DNA of 64,000 nucleotides from Laetmonice hystrix (Eukaryota): NCBI GenBank assembly GCA_965235115.1, contig OZ249436.1, positions 51,338,001 to 51,402,000 of the forward strand, read 5' to 3'. Shown piece by piece: positions 28,563 to 40,604 of this stretch (position 1 is its first letter; each line of letters starts with the position of its first letter). The notes under the pieces were generated by a model. It saw only the letters and a program-made list of their open reading frames with translations, ran no database searches and was not told where the DNA came from. The position numbers and the translations under genes were made by a program.

Positions 28563-29316
28563 GCCTATGCCTTTTCCTAATATGGATTCGTAGGGTCTTA
28601 TACGCTTCATACAAACTAATTACCCAAAAATTCACTTGAGATAATGCCGCTAAAAGGATTTCTTCGGGGCCTGTTATTATATTAAGGTATAGTCTTCTCC
28701 GTTTCCTTAGAGGTCTACTTGGCGATAAAGTATAACTGGTCTATGGCCATAATAGAGATGACATAATTATGGCCCTACAAATGGGGCAAAATACGAGTAG
28801 CCGAAGGCCTGTAACAAAGACACAGTGTTCCTTTGTTGAACAGTTCTGTTGTCTGGTAACAATGTAGCTTCCGAGCCATGCCTATATCTCAATCTTGATG
28901 AGGCCATAGACCTGCTATAGACGATCTAGTCTCTTACCAGGGGATTTGACAAAGCAGCGGAAGCCACAATACTGATGTCGGGAAAAAAACCAATATGCCA
29001 GTTTTCGTCCAAGGAAACTTGACATAATATACCCCAAGACTGACATCAGCTGTTTCTTTTGGAATAATCCCGATCAAATCTAAATGGAGGGTTGTTAGCT
29101 TTGGCCGAAGATTATCCTTTCCTTTGCCCCCCCCCCCTAAAAGATTTTCCAGTTCCACATAGAGCCTACGCTTTCATAACATTTATAAAAAATAAGAGGT
29201 TAGAGAAACTAAAAAGCCCTAGCAAACGGAATATTTTTTACAACTTTTTTTACTACGTTACTCAAGTGTTCTTAGAAACAAGAAAAATCCTTTGGAAGCA
29301 GAGTAAGTAATGATTG

Positions 29317-29474
29317 GATTAGAGGACAAGAAAGGTAAGTCTTACGAAGATTAGAGGACAGGAAAGTAATCTTACGAAGATTAGAGGACAGAAAAGTAAT
29401 CTTACGAAGATTAGAGGACAGAAAAGGTAAGTCTTACGAAGATTAGAGGACAGGAAAGGTAAGTCTTACGAAGA
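29317..29474 (+). repeat. 30-33-bp minisatellite (gattagaggacaggaaaggtaagtcttacgaa)
   Basis: About 5 tandem copies. Confidence 0.9.
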
Positions 29475-30023
29475 TCTGCGACTGTGCTTCAGGATCTTCA
29501 GACGTGTTTTGTTTTCGATACTTTTTTTCGTGATGCCTATGCTATTTTCATCCTTATTGTCAGCTATTTCATCATAAATTAGAGGTGTATGGATGTAAAG
29601 ACAGTAATTAAGATATACGTTCTGATTAGACGAGACATGAAGTCATCCACAGTAGGCCTACACGCGTCTCATTTGGAGAACTCCTCCATGCTTGTGGTGG
29701 CGATGTCTTTCCAATTATTTCAACAGAGAGCATGTTTCGTGGGCCACTTTGGTCACAGAAATAATCCCTGGATGAAACTTGGTTCTGATCAGCATGGACC
29801 ATGCGCTGAGTCGACACAAGATTAAACGCACCTGCTTCTGACATCCGCCCACAAATGTTGACGGTTGCCAGTATTTTACACAAAGCCTTCTAAATCTATC
29901 CATGGATCAAACGAATCCTATTTAGATCTAATTGGGCATTACAAATCTCAACTTTGTTACCGTCCTCCTACTGCAAAATACCTTTTTCCTTTTTGTCCAT
30001 AATGTGGAGGGCGGCGGGGTTAA

Positions 30024-30185
30024 CAGGGCCGTAGCATGGGCCAAATACGCGGGGAGGGGGAGGCAGTAGGCCTGTCGCATGATAGCGTGTCATTGTGTCG
30101 GTCGAGTTGGCCCGGGGGGGGGGGATTTAAAAAACTGGAAATCCCAGGGGGCATCTCCCCCCCCCCCCCGCAGCTTACGGCCCTG
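30024..30185. mobile_element. MITE, 5-bp TSD
   Basis: CAGGGCCGTA...TACGGCCCTG; GTTAA on both flanks. Confidence 0.8.
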
Positions 30186-30339
30186 GTTAATTAGGGTTGC
30201 GTTTGACCTCAAGCGTTCTGAAAGGACAGCACGATGTTGGATATTACCAGCAATTCCAGCAAATCTCAAGGCGTTCCAGGGAATACCGTCATCGTTAGAC
30301 ATCTAGCCATAGTTTAGATGAAAAAGGGTAACATATATA

Positions 30340-31008
30340 CGGAGCCCCTAAAGGGACATGTGGGAATTCTGAGATATTATTTCGTCCCATTGAAATATAG
30401 TTCAATCCTTCCAAATATATTTTGTTCCCTCGAAATATATTTCATTCCCTTGAAATACATTTCGTCTCTCGGAATCAGCATCGTCCCTTCAAAATCTATT
30501 TCGTTCCCTCCAAATAGATTTCATTCCCTCCCAAAAGATTTCGTTCCCTCCAGACTTCATTCCCTTGAATCTATTTCGTTCCCTCCAAATACATTTCGTA
30601 CCCTCGAAATCCCAATCCCCCCCAGTTTAATGTACCACTATAAAGGTTGTAAATAGCTGTTTACATAACTTTCTATGTACTTTTCGGACTTGTTAAGGCT
30701 AAATGCGTACAAATACTTCAGTAATAAAGATTTGTTTATGGTCTGTGCGTATAAATATGTATAATATGAACTTTAATATGAAACGATGGGGATTTCGAGG
30801 GAACGAAGTGTATTATTTGGAGGGAACGAAATCTATTTGGAGGGAACGAAATCTATTTCGAAGGGACGATGCTGATTTCTAGAGAACGAAATGTATTTCG
30901 AGAGAATGAAATATATTTCGATGGAACGAAATATATTTGGAACGATCGAAATATATTTCGATGGAACGAAATAATCTCAAAATTCCCATATGTCCCTTTA
31001 GGGTGTAT
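30340..31008. mobile_element. Foldback MITE with inverted arrays of ~22-bp units
   Basis: CCCTAAAGGGACAT...ATGTCCCTTTAGGG; atttcgttccctc units mirrored as gagggaacgaaat. Confidence 0.8.
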
Positions 31009-31331
31009 ACAGTGCCTACAGTTCAACATAGTTGTTGCCGCACAACGTTCGTATCGTTACTTTTGTTAATTGAAATTGTTCCAGTTTCTTACGTTTCTGT
31101 TCGTATTGCACAAAATAACAAAGCATAATTTGGGTAATATGAAAGGAAAATAAATAAACCGTATTAATTTACAATCTATCATTTAAACATAATAGTTTTC
31201 GGAAAATGACCAGACCAGACGAGACCATAAATATATAGAGAGCAAGATTAAAAAGGTACGATATGATGTGACAGTAACCCCTGCTCCTGTAGGTACATCA
31301 TCAACGTAGAAATAGTACACATATAAAACTG

Positions 31332-31506
31332 CAGGCGCGGATCTATGATTTTTTCAAGGGGGGGGGGGGTTACAGAGACGCCAACAGTGCTGAGCTCGCG
31401 AAGCGAGGGAGCCCTAACGGGTGGGGTCCAGTAGGCGCTTATAATTGGTGGCTCTGAGGGGTGGGGGGTTAAACCCCCTAACCCCCCTCCCCCGGATCCG
31501 CCAGTG
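31332..31506. mobile_element. Degenerate CAGG..GCGGATC MITE
   Basis: CAGGCGCGGATC...GGATCCGCCAGTG; TSD not clear. Confidence 0.55.
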
Positions 31507-32273
31507 CTGTGGGCCTAAATGAAGCACTCAATCCGATCAATAATGCAGTGAAATCACTTCAGTGAAAACTAGAAGTTAACTAACTTCCCAGAGATCTCGG
31601 CCTGACGTCAAGCACGGCGGCCAGACTGGAAAACGGCCTATAGTTTGAAGGCAAAGTTAGCTGGACAGTTTGGTTGTCTATGGTCAGGAACATTAAAGGA
31701 AATATGTCACGGGGGTATCGACCGAAATCTTCAGTTTTCTGCTCACCTGCTCACCACTGACGTACTTTATGGCACTGATTGTTTGTCATATTGATTCTGT
31801 TAACACATACTACGAGTAGACAGCTGTGAAATTCTCCCTAATGTAGAAAAATGAATAAAACAGCGTGACTCTCGCTGTGATTACTCGAGATGTCAACACG
31901 CGCCATCGCTGCCATCCGCCGATCGTGTTAAAAGGTTGCAAAACACAGCCGGCTGCAAATCCCGGGGTCTCGGAATCTAAGTGTGTTATTTTCAGTGACC
32001 GCATTGCGATTCTTTACTGGCCAAAGCTACATAAACAGGTAGGGGACCTTTGGGGCATATCGGAGAACCGCAATGCAGACATATTTTTGCTGAAACACGA
32101 CGTATTATTTGAAATTCGTGACATATTACCTTTAATTATAACCCCAAGCCAGCCATAAACATGTTGGAGGGTGCATAGGCCTAGGGGTTTATTAATTCTG
32201 GACCATCAGTCTGTTCTAATCAAATGAAAAAGAGTGAACCTCTTTTATACCTACTTCTATACACATGGTGAGA

Positions 32274-32350
32274 TTTTAGTACCAGTACCGGTAGCACCGG
32301 TTTTAGTACCACTACCGGTAGCACCGGTTTTAGTACCACTACCGGTGGCA
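32274..32350 (+). repeat. 30-bp tandem repeat (ttttagtaccactaccggtagcaccgg)
   Basis: About 2.5 copies. Confidence 0.8.
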
Positions 32351-32583
32351 CATTTGATGAGAAAGAGAAGCACTTTTACACTTGGAATGAATTGTTTCAA
32401 CATAAAGCCTCGGTCTCTAGATCGGTATTGTATTTCCTGCCTCCCCCTCCGAAAAGAAATCAAATTCTTTCACGGCCGCATTATAGCTGTAACGGTGCCT
32501 TTCTGGATTGCTCTCTTTGCTAAACTTCCCATGCAAACATTGATAAAGAAAAGTCGTAAGATCAATGTCGACATAATACTTAC

Positions 32584-32644
32584 CTTGACTGACAAGCAGG
32601 GCAAGGAGTAAAACCGACACCAGTATAATGCTGTCGTGTGTCAT
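32584..32644 (-). CDS. Ly6/uPAR (three-finger) secreted protein, exon 1 (signal peptide)
   Basis: MTHDSIILVSVLLLALLVSQ + G|GTAAGT phase-1 donor; joins exon 2 in frame (SQGQA-ITC); 61+132+179=372 nt = 123 aa + stop. Confidence 0.75.
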
Positions 32645-33697
32645 TTTGGTACGTGTTGAGGCGTTGAAGCAGGGATGACCGCACGATTGACTGTGTCCTA
32701 ACGCTGACGCTGATCGGGAGAAAAGACTGGCAGAGCGAAACAGAGATGCGACTTTGCCAGTCTCTGATCCTAGATGGCGCTGTTACCGTTGTTGACGAGG
32801 ACGCTGGTGAAGCTGACGTGTGGCGGTTCTACCTAAAGGCTCCGAGCGTCTGTTGTATTTTTGTCATGATTGCTAAACGGTCGCTTGCAGTGGGGCCGGG
32901 TACCGGGGGAGGACGATGGTGTAATGTGCGTGCTTATCCTGCATCACCAATCTATCTTTTCGTTCATTTAATAACATTAATCAATCATTCAGTTCATTGT
33001 TTTCATGTATTGTATGTTTGGAATGCCAGGAAATCAGAGAATTACGGGCAGGGGAAAACGTAATGCATCGAGCTAGAAAGAGGCTTGAAAGAAGTGAACC
33101 CTCGGCCGGCCAATTTTGTAGTGGTAATTACAATTTTGTAATTTTGTAGTGGCCACCCGATCGGCTCCTGCGTTTTGAGCTGCAATGTATCTGACCTCCG
33201 CGCCGATTTTTCAGGAGTTGCCTGTTTATTTTGACCCCTAGTTTGAGTCTTATTTAAAATCGACCTGATTAACTGGGTTGAACTGATTGCAATGCATGGT
33301 TTTGCAAAATATTATGTTTGAAGTCGGTTACGGTACTTCAAACTGCTTTCCAATAGCACGTTACGTTAGGTACGATACAGTAAACATTCACTGTTTATTT
33401 TTGTGTTCATGAAATGAGAGTGGAAATGATATGAGAGGGGTGGTTATTATCTAGATAATAACTACCCCCTGGGGTACATATTATATATATAACAGTGACC
33501 GGGGGTATTATTATATGTATAATAATGACCGGAGGATACAAAAAAACGTATTAGAGAGGTAGGTATTACATGGGACACCGGTCTTTGAGTATAATGGCTT
33601 CTTCCTTGCTCGACAGCGTTTGAGCCCAGGCTTATGCAAGACACGCTGCAATGTAGATCTGGATACGCTTATCCCTGCTTATCCCTGCAGCCTCTAG

Positions 33698-34285
33698 GGC
33701 CGACTTCGAGTCATGTCCGAGTTCGACTCGGGTAACTCGTGTTGCAATCGAAATCGCCCGAGTCGCTCGAGTTGCCGAACTCTCTGTCATCGATGACGTC
33801 ACATCTACCCTCCAAGATCGAGCGACTCTCGCTGTGCCAAGAGTACAACCCGGGTACAAGATGGCGGAAAACGATAAGTGAGTACTAATTTCATCTGCAG
33901 TTTGTGGATTATCTGCCGATATATTGCGATATCACATTGAATATAGATACAGTCTAACTGACATTGGTAAGCCAGTGTAAGCCTGAGGTTTTTTTCTGTT
34001 TTTTTTTTTTTTGCGGGAGGCAGTTGTTTGGACGATGGTAATACATGCCCTATTTGTCATCAAACTTGGGTTTATTGCTATATTATCATGACAATAACAG
34101 TTACAGGTGTATTACTGTGGAAAAATCCATTTTGAATTTTGATATTTCTGTGACCCTCGTGTGCGAACTTCGATTCAATACTCGGGTACGCATGCGCAAT
34201 TCACGCTGCACGCTTTGACCGTCCTGCAGTACTGATCACATGACTGAATCCCGGGTAGGTACTCGAGTGCGAATCGAAGTCGGCC
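33698..34285. mobile_element. PIF/Harbinger-like MITE
   Basis: TAG|GGCCGACTTCGA...TCGAAGTCGGCC|TAG. Confidence 0.75.
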
Positions 34286-36576
34286 TAGATCCTTGCACAG
34301 ATTTTGTGTGTGTGGACCTTGGGTTTATTTTCATCTTTCGGACCAATGTTTGTTCGTCTTTAGGCGTCAGTTTTCACTTCTGACCTATATCCTTGGCAAT
34401 GCGGTCGTCCCAAGGTCCTTGTACGCCTTTATTATGGTCTGGACGGATGCTCTGGGTACCTTCAACTGGCTCGTAATGGATCCTAATTAGGACTGGGGCC
34501 GGTTTTACTAAAGGTCCTTATTTAAGGACGTCGCTAATTTAACATATACGTGAATGGTTGCTAGGTCGTTATTTTCTTGTGAATGTCCACTATACGCCTT
34601 TTAAGGTCCTGGTTGTACTGGTTTGACTTCCCAATGGTAGCTCGAAGGTGTAAAAGGACTTGACAGTAATGACAGGCCATTTACACCGCCACCGTGGCAC
34701 CTTCAGGGCTATTACATAATAGGCGTGGCCAATGGACTATGGGAGGCCTATTAAAGCCATTCGCTAACTTTCTGGAACCTTCAAGACTGTAACATAACAC
34801 AGTTTACTGAGTGTATATATATAATCTTGTGAGGCAGGGCCATTCTGACATATTGCATACAATATGCAACAAATCTATAATTCTAAGCCATTGTTTTAAC
34901 CTATCTCTGATGTAAATACAGAGAAGACATCCTCAATGACATATCACATGAAAGTTATGGTTGCACGAACTGGTTGGAATCATGAAAATTCGAGTTGAAT
35001 GTTTCCGGCCTAGGTGTATGTGAATCTTTGAGTTTGACACCAACTGTACGTTTTTCGGAACTTTAACGAGTGTTTATGTTTGCTATTTTCTTGGTAGGGT
35101 GTTGTTTCTTTTTTTCATAATAAATCATGTTCCCAGAGATAAACGAAAACTGCGGCCTAGCTATAGATCCGTTTAATTATGTGTACACTACTCTGCAACG
35201 AGAATCAGCCCTTTCTTGTGTTCCTCCATATATTATGTACACTATTCCGCAACGCAACAAAACGCATTAAACTTCACTAAACCTTTTGTATTTATACACG
35301 GAAGCCTGAATAAAACCCCGGGCTTATCCTAATACATTCACAGATAGCCTACTTATAAGGGGACCAAACTGTACGGTGGGGAGGGGGGGGGGGATTTCGC
35401 ACAGTGTAAAAAGGGACGAGAGGACCATTTTGCACGGGGACCAGATTGCATCTGACACTAGCCCTTATCTGCTGAACTGTTCGGACGCGGTCGGGCACAG
35501 AAAGTTCCATCTGGCCAGCAGCAGGCATTGATACGAACAATGCAATATCGATTCTACTTCTTCTCGAGCCATTTTCCAGAGTTGAAGAAGTTTTCAGTTT
35601 GCAACAAAATGCTTGTTTGTGCAGCGGTTGTGTGCAGATGGAAGACGTCGAGGCAGCTGGCTGGGGTTTTACGACCAGCGATAAGGAGGAGGGTTACAAC
35701 CTTGCTATAGATGATCAAACATGCATAATACCTTTCACACTGTCTATCCGACCTAGCATGTCAAGTTTCCATCCCTCTAAAACGAACTATTTCCTTACAA
35801 TTATCTGCGTTACCATTCTGCTGATTAGAGTTAATATTTAATTATTTTAAACGAGGAAGAGAAACAGTAAGACAATACTACTATTTCCCATGAAGGAAGG
35901 GCTGTTCAATGACAAACAGCGAATGCAAGCAATTGTTACAGTTGAATCTTCCCAGAACAAAAGATTCGCTTCCCATACATCGGAACACACACGTGGTATG
36001 TTCCTCGTAAGGAGATGGCGAACAATAGCCCAAACAAAACAGGAAATTCTACACTAAAGCATTAGAATCTACAGGAGATTCTACATTAAAGCATTATAAT
36101 TTACAAGAGATTCTACATTAAAGCATTAGAATTGATGACATGCTTGCAGTCCCACGCATACGTCACCTTTAAAAATAAAATTAATGGAAACCTCCAATAA
36201 CCAAGATTCCTGGAGCTCTAGTTCTGTATTCGTCAAAGTGGCGTTTTGTTACTTCTTGATGCTGTTGTTTCTGGCCTTTTTAATGTTTCACATCGAAGAT
36301 GGAAAGCGTTATTATTTCATGAAAAAGAAAAAGAAAAATGAAACCCGGCGACACAGGCTGACTCCAGGGCCACCCAGTTTAATACCACGTACAGCCATTG
36401 TGAATGATCAAAATATTTATTTGTGAAACTTGTGAAAATTTATTCATTTCACACTTTTTTCAATCAAAATATTTATTTAAAAAATGGAACGAGATAATAT
36501 TAAAACGTTGAATGACAGGGCATACTGCCATTAATGAACTGCCTTTGTTGGGAGCATGGACTCAATGGTAATATAA

Positions 36577-37026
36577 GGCCAGACTTAATTAATATTTCGG
36601 TTTACGCGCATTTTTGGAGGGAGGAAAAAAGGAGAAAAAAGGCCAATTGATTTTTTTTAAATCAACGTCTTATTTACATTTACAATTCAAGGTCGGTAGG
36701 TGCTAAAACATGTATGAATGGGAAGAGTTTCTTAAAATAGAACATACAAATCAAGTCATTTGCAAAAATATGTTTAATATGAATTTAGACAAATTCTGTT
36801 TGTGACATTGCCCCACAGACCATGTAGCTCTTTTATAGTGAAGCAATTTAAGCATATAAATATATTAAAAATCCCCCGCAACAGAATATTAAAATTAAAA
36901 AATGATCCCAGCAACCGGCACTGTCGGCGGGGCCAATTAAATAAAACTGGTCTTGATTTTTTTTCCCAAATTTCGGAAATCTATGATCGGCGGGCGCGTA
37001 AACCGAACTATTAAAAAAGTCTGGCC
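36577..37026. mobile_element. PIF/Harbinger-like MITE
   Basis: TAA|GGCCAGACTT...AAGTCTGGCC|TAA. Confidence 0.8.
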
Positions 37027-37539
37027 TAACTGCTCTGTATCACATTATTGTGGATGGTTTATGAAGGGTAGAAATAAGGACTCTATGTCCACTCTGCACA
37101 TGTTTGTATAACATTGAAAATATGTACACAAGGTGATGTAGATAAATGTGTCATGTTGTAGTATCCTTACTATTGATATCATCCTGACCTTGCCACAGTC
37201 GTTCGAGCGTCTGGATATCTCGGCCTATACCTACCGACTATCAACCCATAAAAAGTGCGTCAGGACCTTTCAATGTATGGACTCATCTTCAAAATGTGCT
37301 CGATCATTCGCTGAGAGCGAAATAGCCTTTCCGGGGAAGCTTGGGAAGACCGATCATATTCACCTTAAATAAAAAAAAATCATATCTGCAAAACTACACG
37401 ATCGAGCAAGATGACTATAGGATCTCCCGCATAGAATTCCACACCGGTGGCAAAATCACAACTACACTGACATGTGGTAAAAATGCTTCTCCTCCTTGTC
37501 CATACCGACTAGAATTCAGAACCCACACCTGCCCACTTG

Positions 37540-39162
37540 TCACCTATCGGCAAACGGAGATTCCAGGCATGTTAACAACGCATAACCACCTTGGTTAGAC
37601 TGAGAGTCAAATAGGGAGTCTTGGCCTTGGTCACATAATCCTAAATCAAGCGAATTGCTGTGTATTGCTTTAATATTGCATGGGTAGAAAGGGTCCGTAA
37701 TGTGGGAAGTGAAGAGGAATTCGGAGAGATTGAACGTCCTGGGGTTTGTGTCATTCCAGGGTCTTTGTGTGCTGTCTAACTCGCAGAAATCCCCTACGCA
37801 TGAAATACGAGGTTTGAGGTCCTTTGAAAAGATTGGCGGCACCTTTCCAGGACATTCGGGGTGGTGCGAACACTCGTAGTCCTTGATAGCCGTGTGGACA
37901 GTTGACGGCCAGGCCTTAACGAGCTTCACGTCGTGAGCTCTCTCTCTCCCAAACCCCACGCTTCCGGAGATGCAGCTGTTTGCATCATCGCTCGTATTAC
38001 CAGCTTGTAATTCGTATCCACCGCCGTAGTATATAAGAGCTTGTTTCTCATCATATGCAACCCGAAACTTGAACGTGCAGGTGACCGGTTTGAATCTATT
38101 CAGTAGGAGTGACTGATGCTCTGGGGGAATCATTTCCGTGAAGTAAGGGGTCACATCGGAACAAGATAACTGCAGCACGATTCCGGAGGGGCCAGCCTGT
38201 TGGAGAGTGTATGCGTCGCTTACGAAAATGCGGTTAACGTAATGGTCACATTCGTATTTCCTCGAAGGTATTCCACGGCGTTTTCTTTCCAACCAGTCCT
38301 GGTAAGAGATAGCTGGTGGCATGAATGAGTGGGTCTTTGCGTCATACTGCCGGGTTATAAAGTAATCTATGTGCACCTTCTGATATATGTAAATCGGTCC
38401 GTTTGGACGTTTGCTTTGAGGAAACTGTTGTGCAAATGAAACTAGTCCCGGAATACTGTTGACGTCCAGACTGAATGACAAGGTGATTGTGCCAAGCAGC
38501 AGAAGAGCAGAAAAAGCCAGTAAAAGACTACGAAACAGTCTGGCAACTATGGAGATAATTATACAACAATACGTCCGTTTCTCTCCTTTTGTGCACCGAC
38601 AACAAAACGCCAGTGATTGAATCATCCGCCAAGCTATGCTTACGCCTGAACTCACAAGAGATATTCGGCCAGGCATAGATCGAATTTGTTCAACCAACGG
38701 GCAGATCCCTTTCAAAAACGCGACGAGGTAAACCGTCACTACAGGAACATCCTGGCTAACGAGAAACAACACTGACATCAGTTCCTCGAGTAATTCGGCC
38801 TTTCCACATTTTCGTTCCTTCCGGAGGACTAATATGAACTGCAGGACAACGGATGCTATTTGGAAAACATAGAATACGGATGCACAAACGCAGGCAGCGA
38901 GCAGAACATGCACAAGATGTTCTCCGTGAAGAGCTATTATATGGTCGTTGTTTTGTGTCGTCAGACTGTGATATGCGTACCAGTCTGCTATTACATCGAC
39001 CGTTGTTACCAGAAATGTCCCAACTGTCAGAAAGATTTTGCAGCCTTTTAATTTTCTATTATTGGCATAGCTCTTGTTTTCAGGTCCAAGGGATGAATCC
39101 ACCGCTGCCTCTATGACGTTGTTTGTTGCAAGAAAGTAGTCAAACATTTTCGCACTGTCCAT
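37540..39162 (-). CDS. Uncharacterised 540-aa membrane protein (about 5 N-terminal TM helices, Cys-rich C-terminal domain)
   Basis: Longest ORF; hydrophobic segments in aa ~42-232 with DVIADW and QDVP motifs reminiscent of XK-like TM domains; splice acceptor (tttcag) 5 nt upstream of ATG. Confidence 0.8.
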   Translation of the reverse strand: MDSAKMFDYFLATNNVIEAAVDSSLGPENKSYANNRKLKGCKIFLTVGTFLVTTVDVIADWYAYHSLTTQNNDHIIALHGEHLVHVLLAACVCASVFYVFQIASVVLQFILVLRKERKCGKAELLEELMSVLFLVSQDVPVVTVYLVAFLKGICPLVEQIRSMPGRISLVSSGVSIAWRMIQSLAFCCRCTKGEKRTYCCIIISIVARLFRSLLLAFSALLLLGTITLSFSLDVNSIPGLVSFAQQFPQSKRPNGPIYIYQKVHIDYFITRQYDAKTHSFMPPAISYQDWLERKRRGIPSRKYECDHYVNRIFVSDAYTLQQAGPSGIVLQLSCSDVTPYFTEMIPPEHQSLLLNRFKPVTCTFKFRVAYDEKQALIYYGGGYELQAGNTSDDANSCISGSVGFGRERAHDVKLVKAWPSTVHTAIKDYECSHHPECPGKVPPIFSKDLKPRISCVGDFCELDSTQRPWNDTNPRTFNLSEFLFTSHITDPFYPCNIKAIHSNSLDLGLCDQGQDSLFDSQSNQGGYALLTCLESPFADR

Positions 39163-39486
39163 GCAGCCTGAAACGATAGGAGATAAGTATTAATGTAAAA
39201 GAATGTCACACCAATGGCTGCCGGGAAGTGGTAATTTAGTTATGGTGAGGCCATCAACAATCTAGATACACTCATGTCCTTACTTGCCTCATCAAGATGA
39301 AGTCGTATACTACAGAAACTAACATCTAAAGTGCATGGCGACAGGCAATTTTATAAAGGAGATATCACTGGCCTCGCCAGTGGCTGAAATAACGCGTAAC
39401 AGGAACAAAATAATGTGTGGGATGCTGGCAACAGGTTGAACGGTACAGTATGATGAGAGTCAATGAATGAAAGTAATCGTCTGTAA

Positions 39487-39998
39487 AAGACTGTTACATT
39501 GTTAAGTCTGGTGACTAGTCAGCGACTCTAGCCAACATAAAAAGAGACGATGTATTTTTTCAAGGCGACTTGTGCTGGATTTTGTTTGCTGATTTGCAAA
39601 ACACCAAAAGAGCAGGGAAGTCGCCGGGATCTCTTTCACTCGAGACATTCAAAGAAGATCCGGCTATTTGTGTGGATACAGTGTTAAAATATTACATAGA
39701 ATACAAAGACACAGTCCGGGGAAAAGGGGACGGAGCACTCTTTGTAAGTTTGAGAAGACCTCATCACAAAGTTAGGACAGCGGGGAATGACACACATGTA
39801 TGTGGTGGCCACTCAGTTAGGGCTGCGTCCACCTCGAGGCGGGCCAGTCTGAATGTTCCTGTCAATGACATCCGTAAGAGAGCCGCCTGGACGTCTGAGA
39901 ACACATTCAGACGGTTTTATCAGAAACCAATTATCATGAAATGCGTTCAGGACAATATCTTGTTGCACGCCAATTTAACTGACATTAAGGTGAGGTAA
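39487..39998 (+). pseudogene. Decayed DIRS-type tyrosine recombinase
   Basis: KTVTLLSLVTSQR (catalytic R) then stop/frameshift; LFVSLRRPH; HSVRAASTS (HxxR); AAWTSENTFRRFY (W...Y). Confidence 0.8.
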
Positions 39999-40047
39999 GA
40001 TGGAGAAACGTTCAAGGAAAAGTACCAATGGCACAATTAGATAACTT

Positions 40048-40095
40048 GTCTCTGTGGCGCAATCGGCGATCCGAGTTCAAATCTCGGCGGAACCT
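40048..40095 (+). pseudogene. Chimeric tRNA fragment (5' Asn fused to 3' Gln)
   Basis: GTCTCTGTGGCGCAATCGGC|GATCCGAGTTCAAATCTCGGCGGAACCT. Confidence 0.9.
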
Positions 40096-40604
40096 AAGGG
40101 TAATCTTTTTTACGATTTTTGAAAAAAATATTTGAAGTAGTAATTTCAATAGTGAAATGTTCACGCTCATCTCCCTAGATGAAATAACACTTTCCATAAA
40201 TAAATGTCTGAAATTGTGATAACAGATTGATGGTCCAGGATTATATCAGTGGTAGGGAATGAAAACATAGACGCACAAAACCGACATGGAAAGAAGAAAA
40301 TAAGAGGTGCAATACCATAACTTGGTACCTATGAAAACTGTAATTAACTTGTCTCTGTGGAGCAATGGGCTATCGCGTTAGGGTCACAATCTATTGTTGA
40401 GGTCTTTTTAATGCAGGGTGTTCCTCATAATGTCAGGAAGACCATAACCTGGTACCTATCGCACAATTAGATAACTTGTCTCTGTGGCGCAATCGGCTAT
40501 CGCGTTAGGGTCACAATCTATTGTTGAGGTCTTTTTAATGCAGGGTGTTCCTTATAACGTCAGGAAGAGCATAAGTTGGTACCGATGGCACAATTAGATA
40601 AATT

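Noticed and set aside
28938..29025. Alternative first exon for the LU gene (ATG...G|GTAAG, phase 1)
   Set aside because: Its translation (MSSFLGRKLAYWFFSRHQYCG...) lacks a hydrophobic signal core, unlike the 32584-32644 exon.
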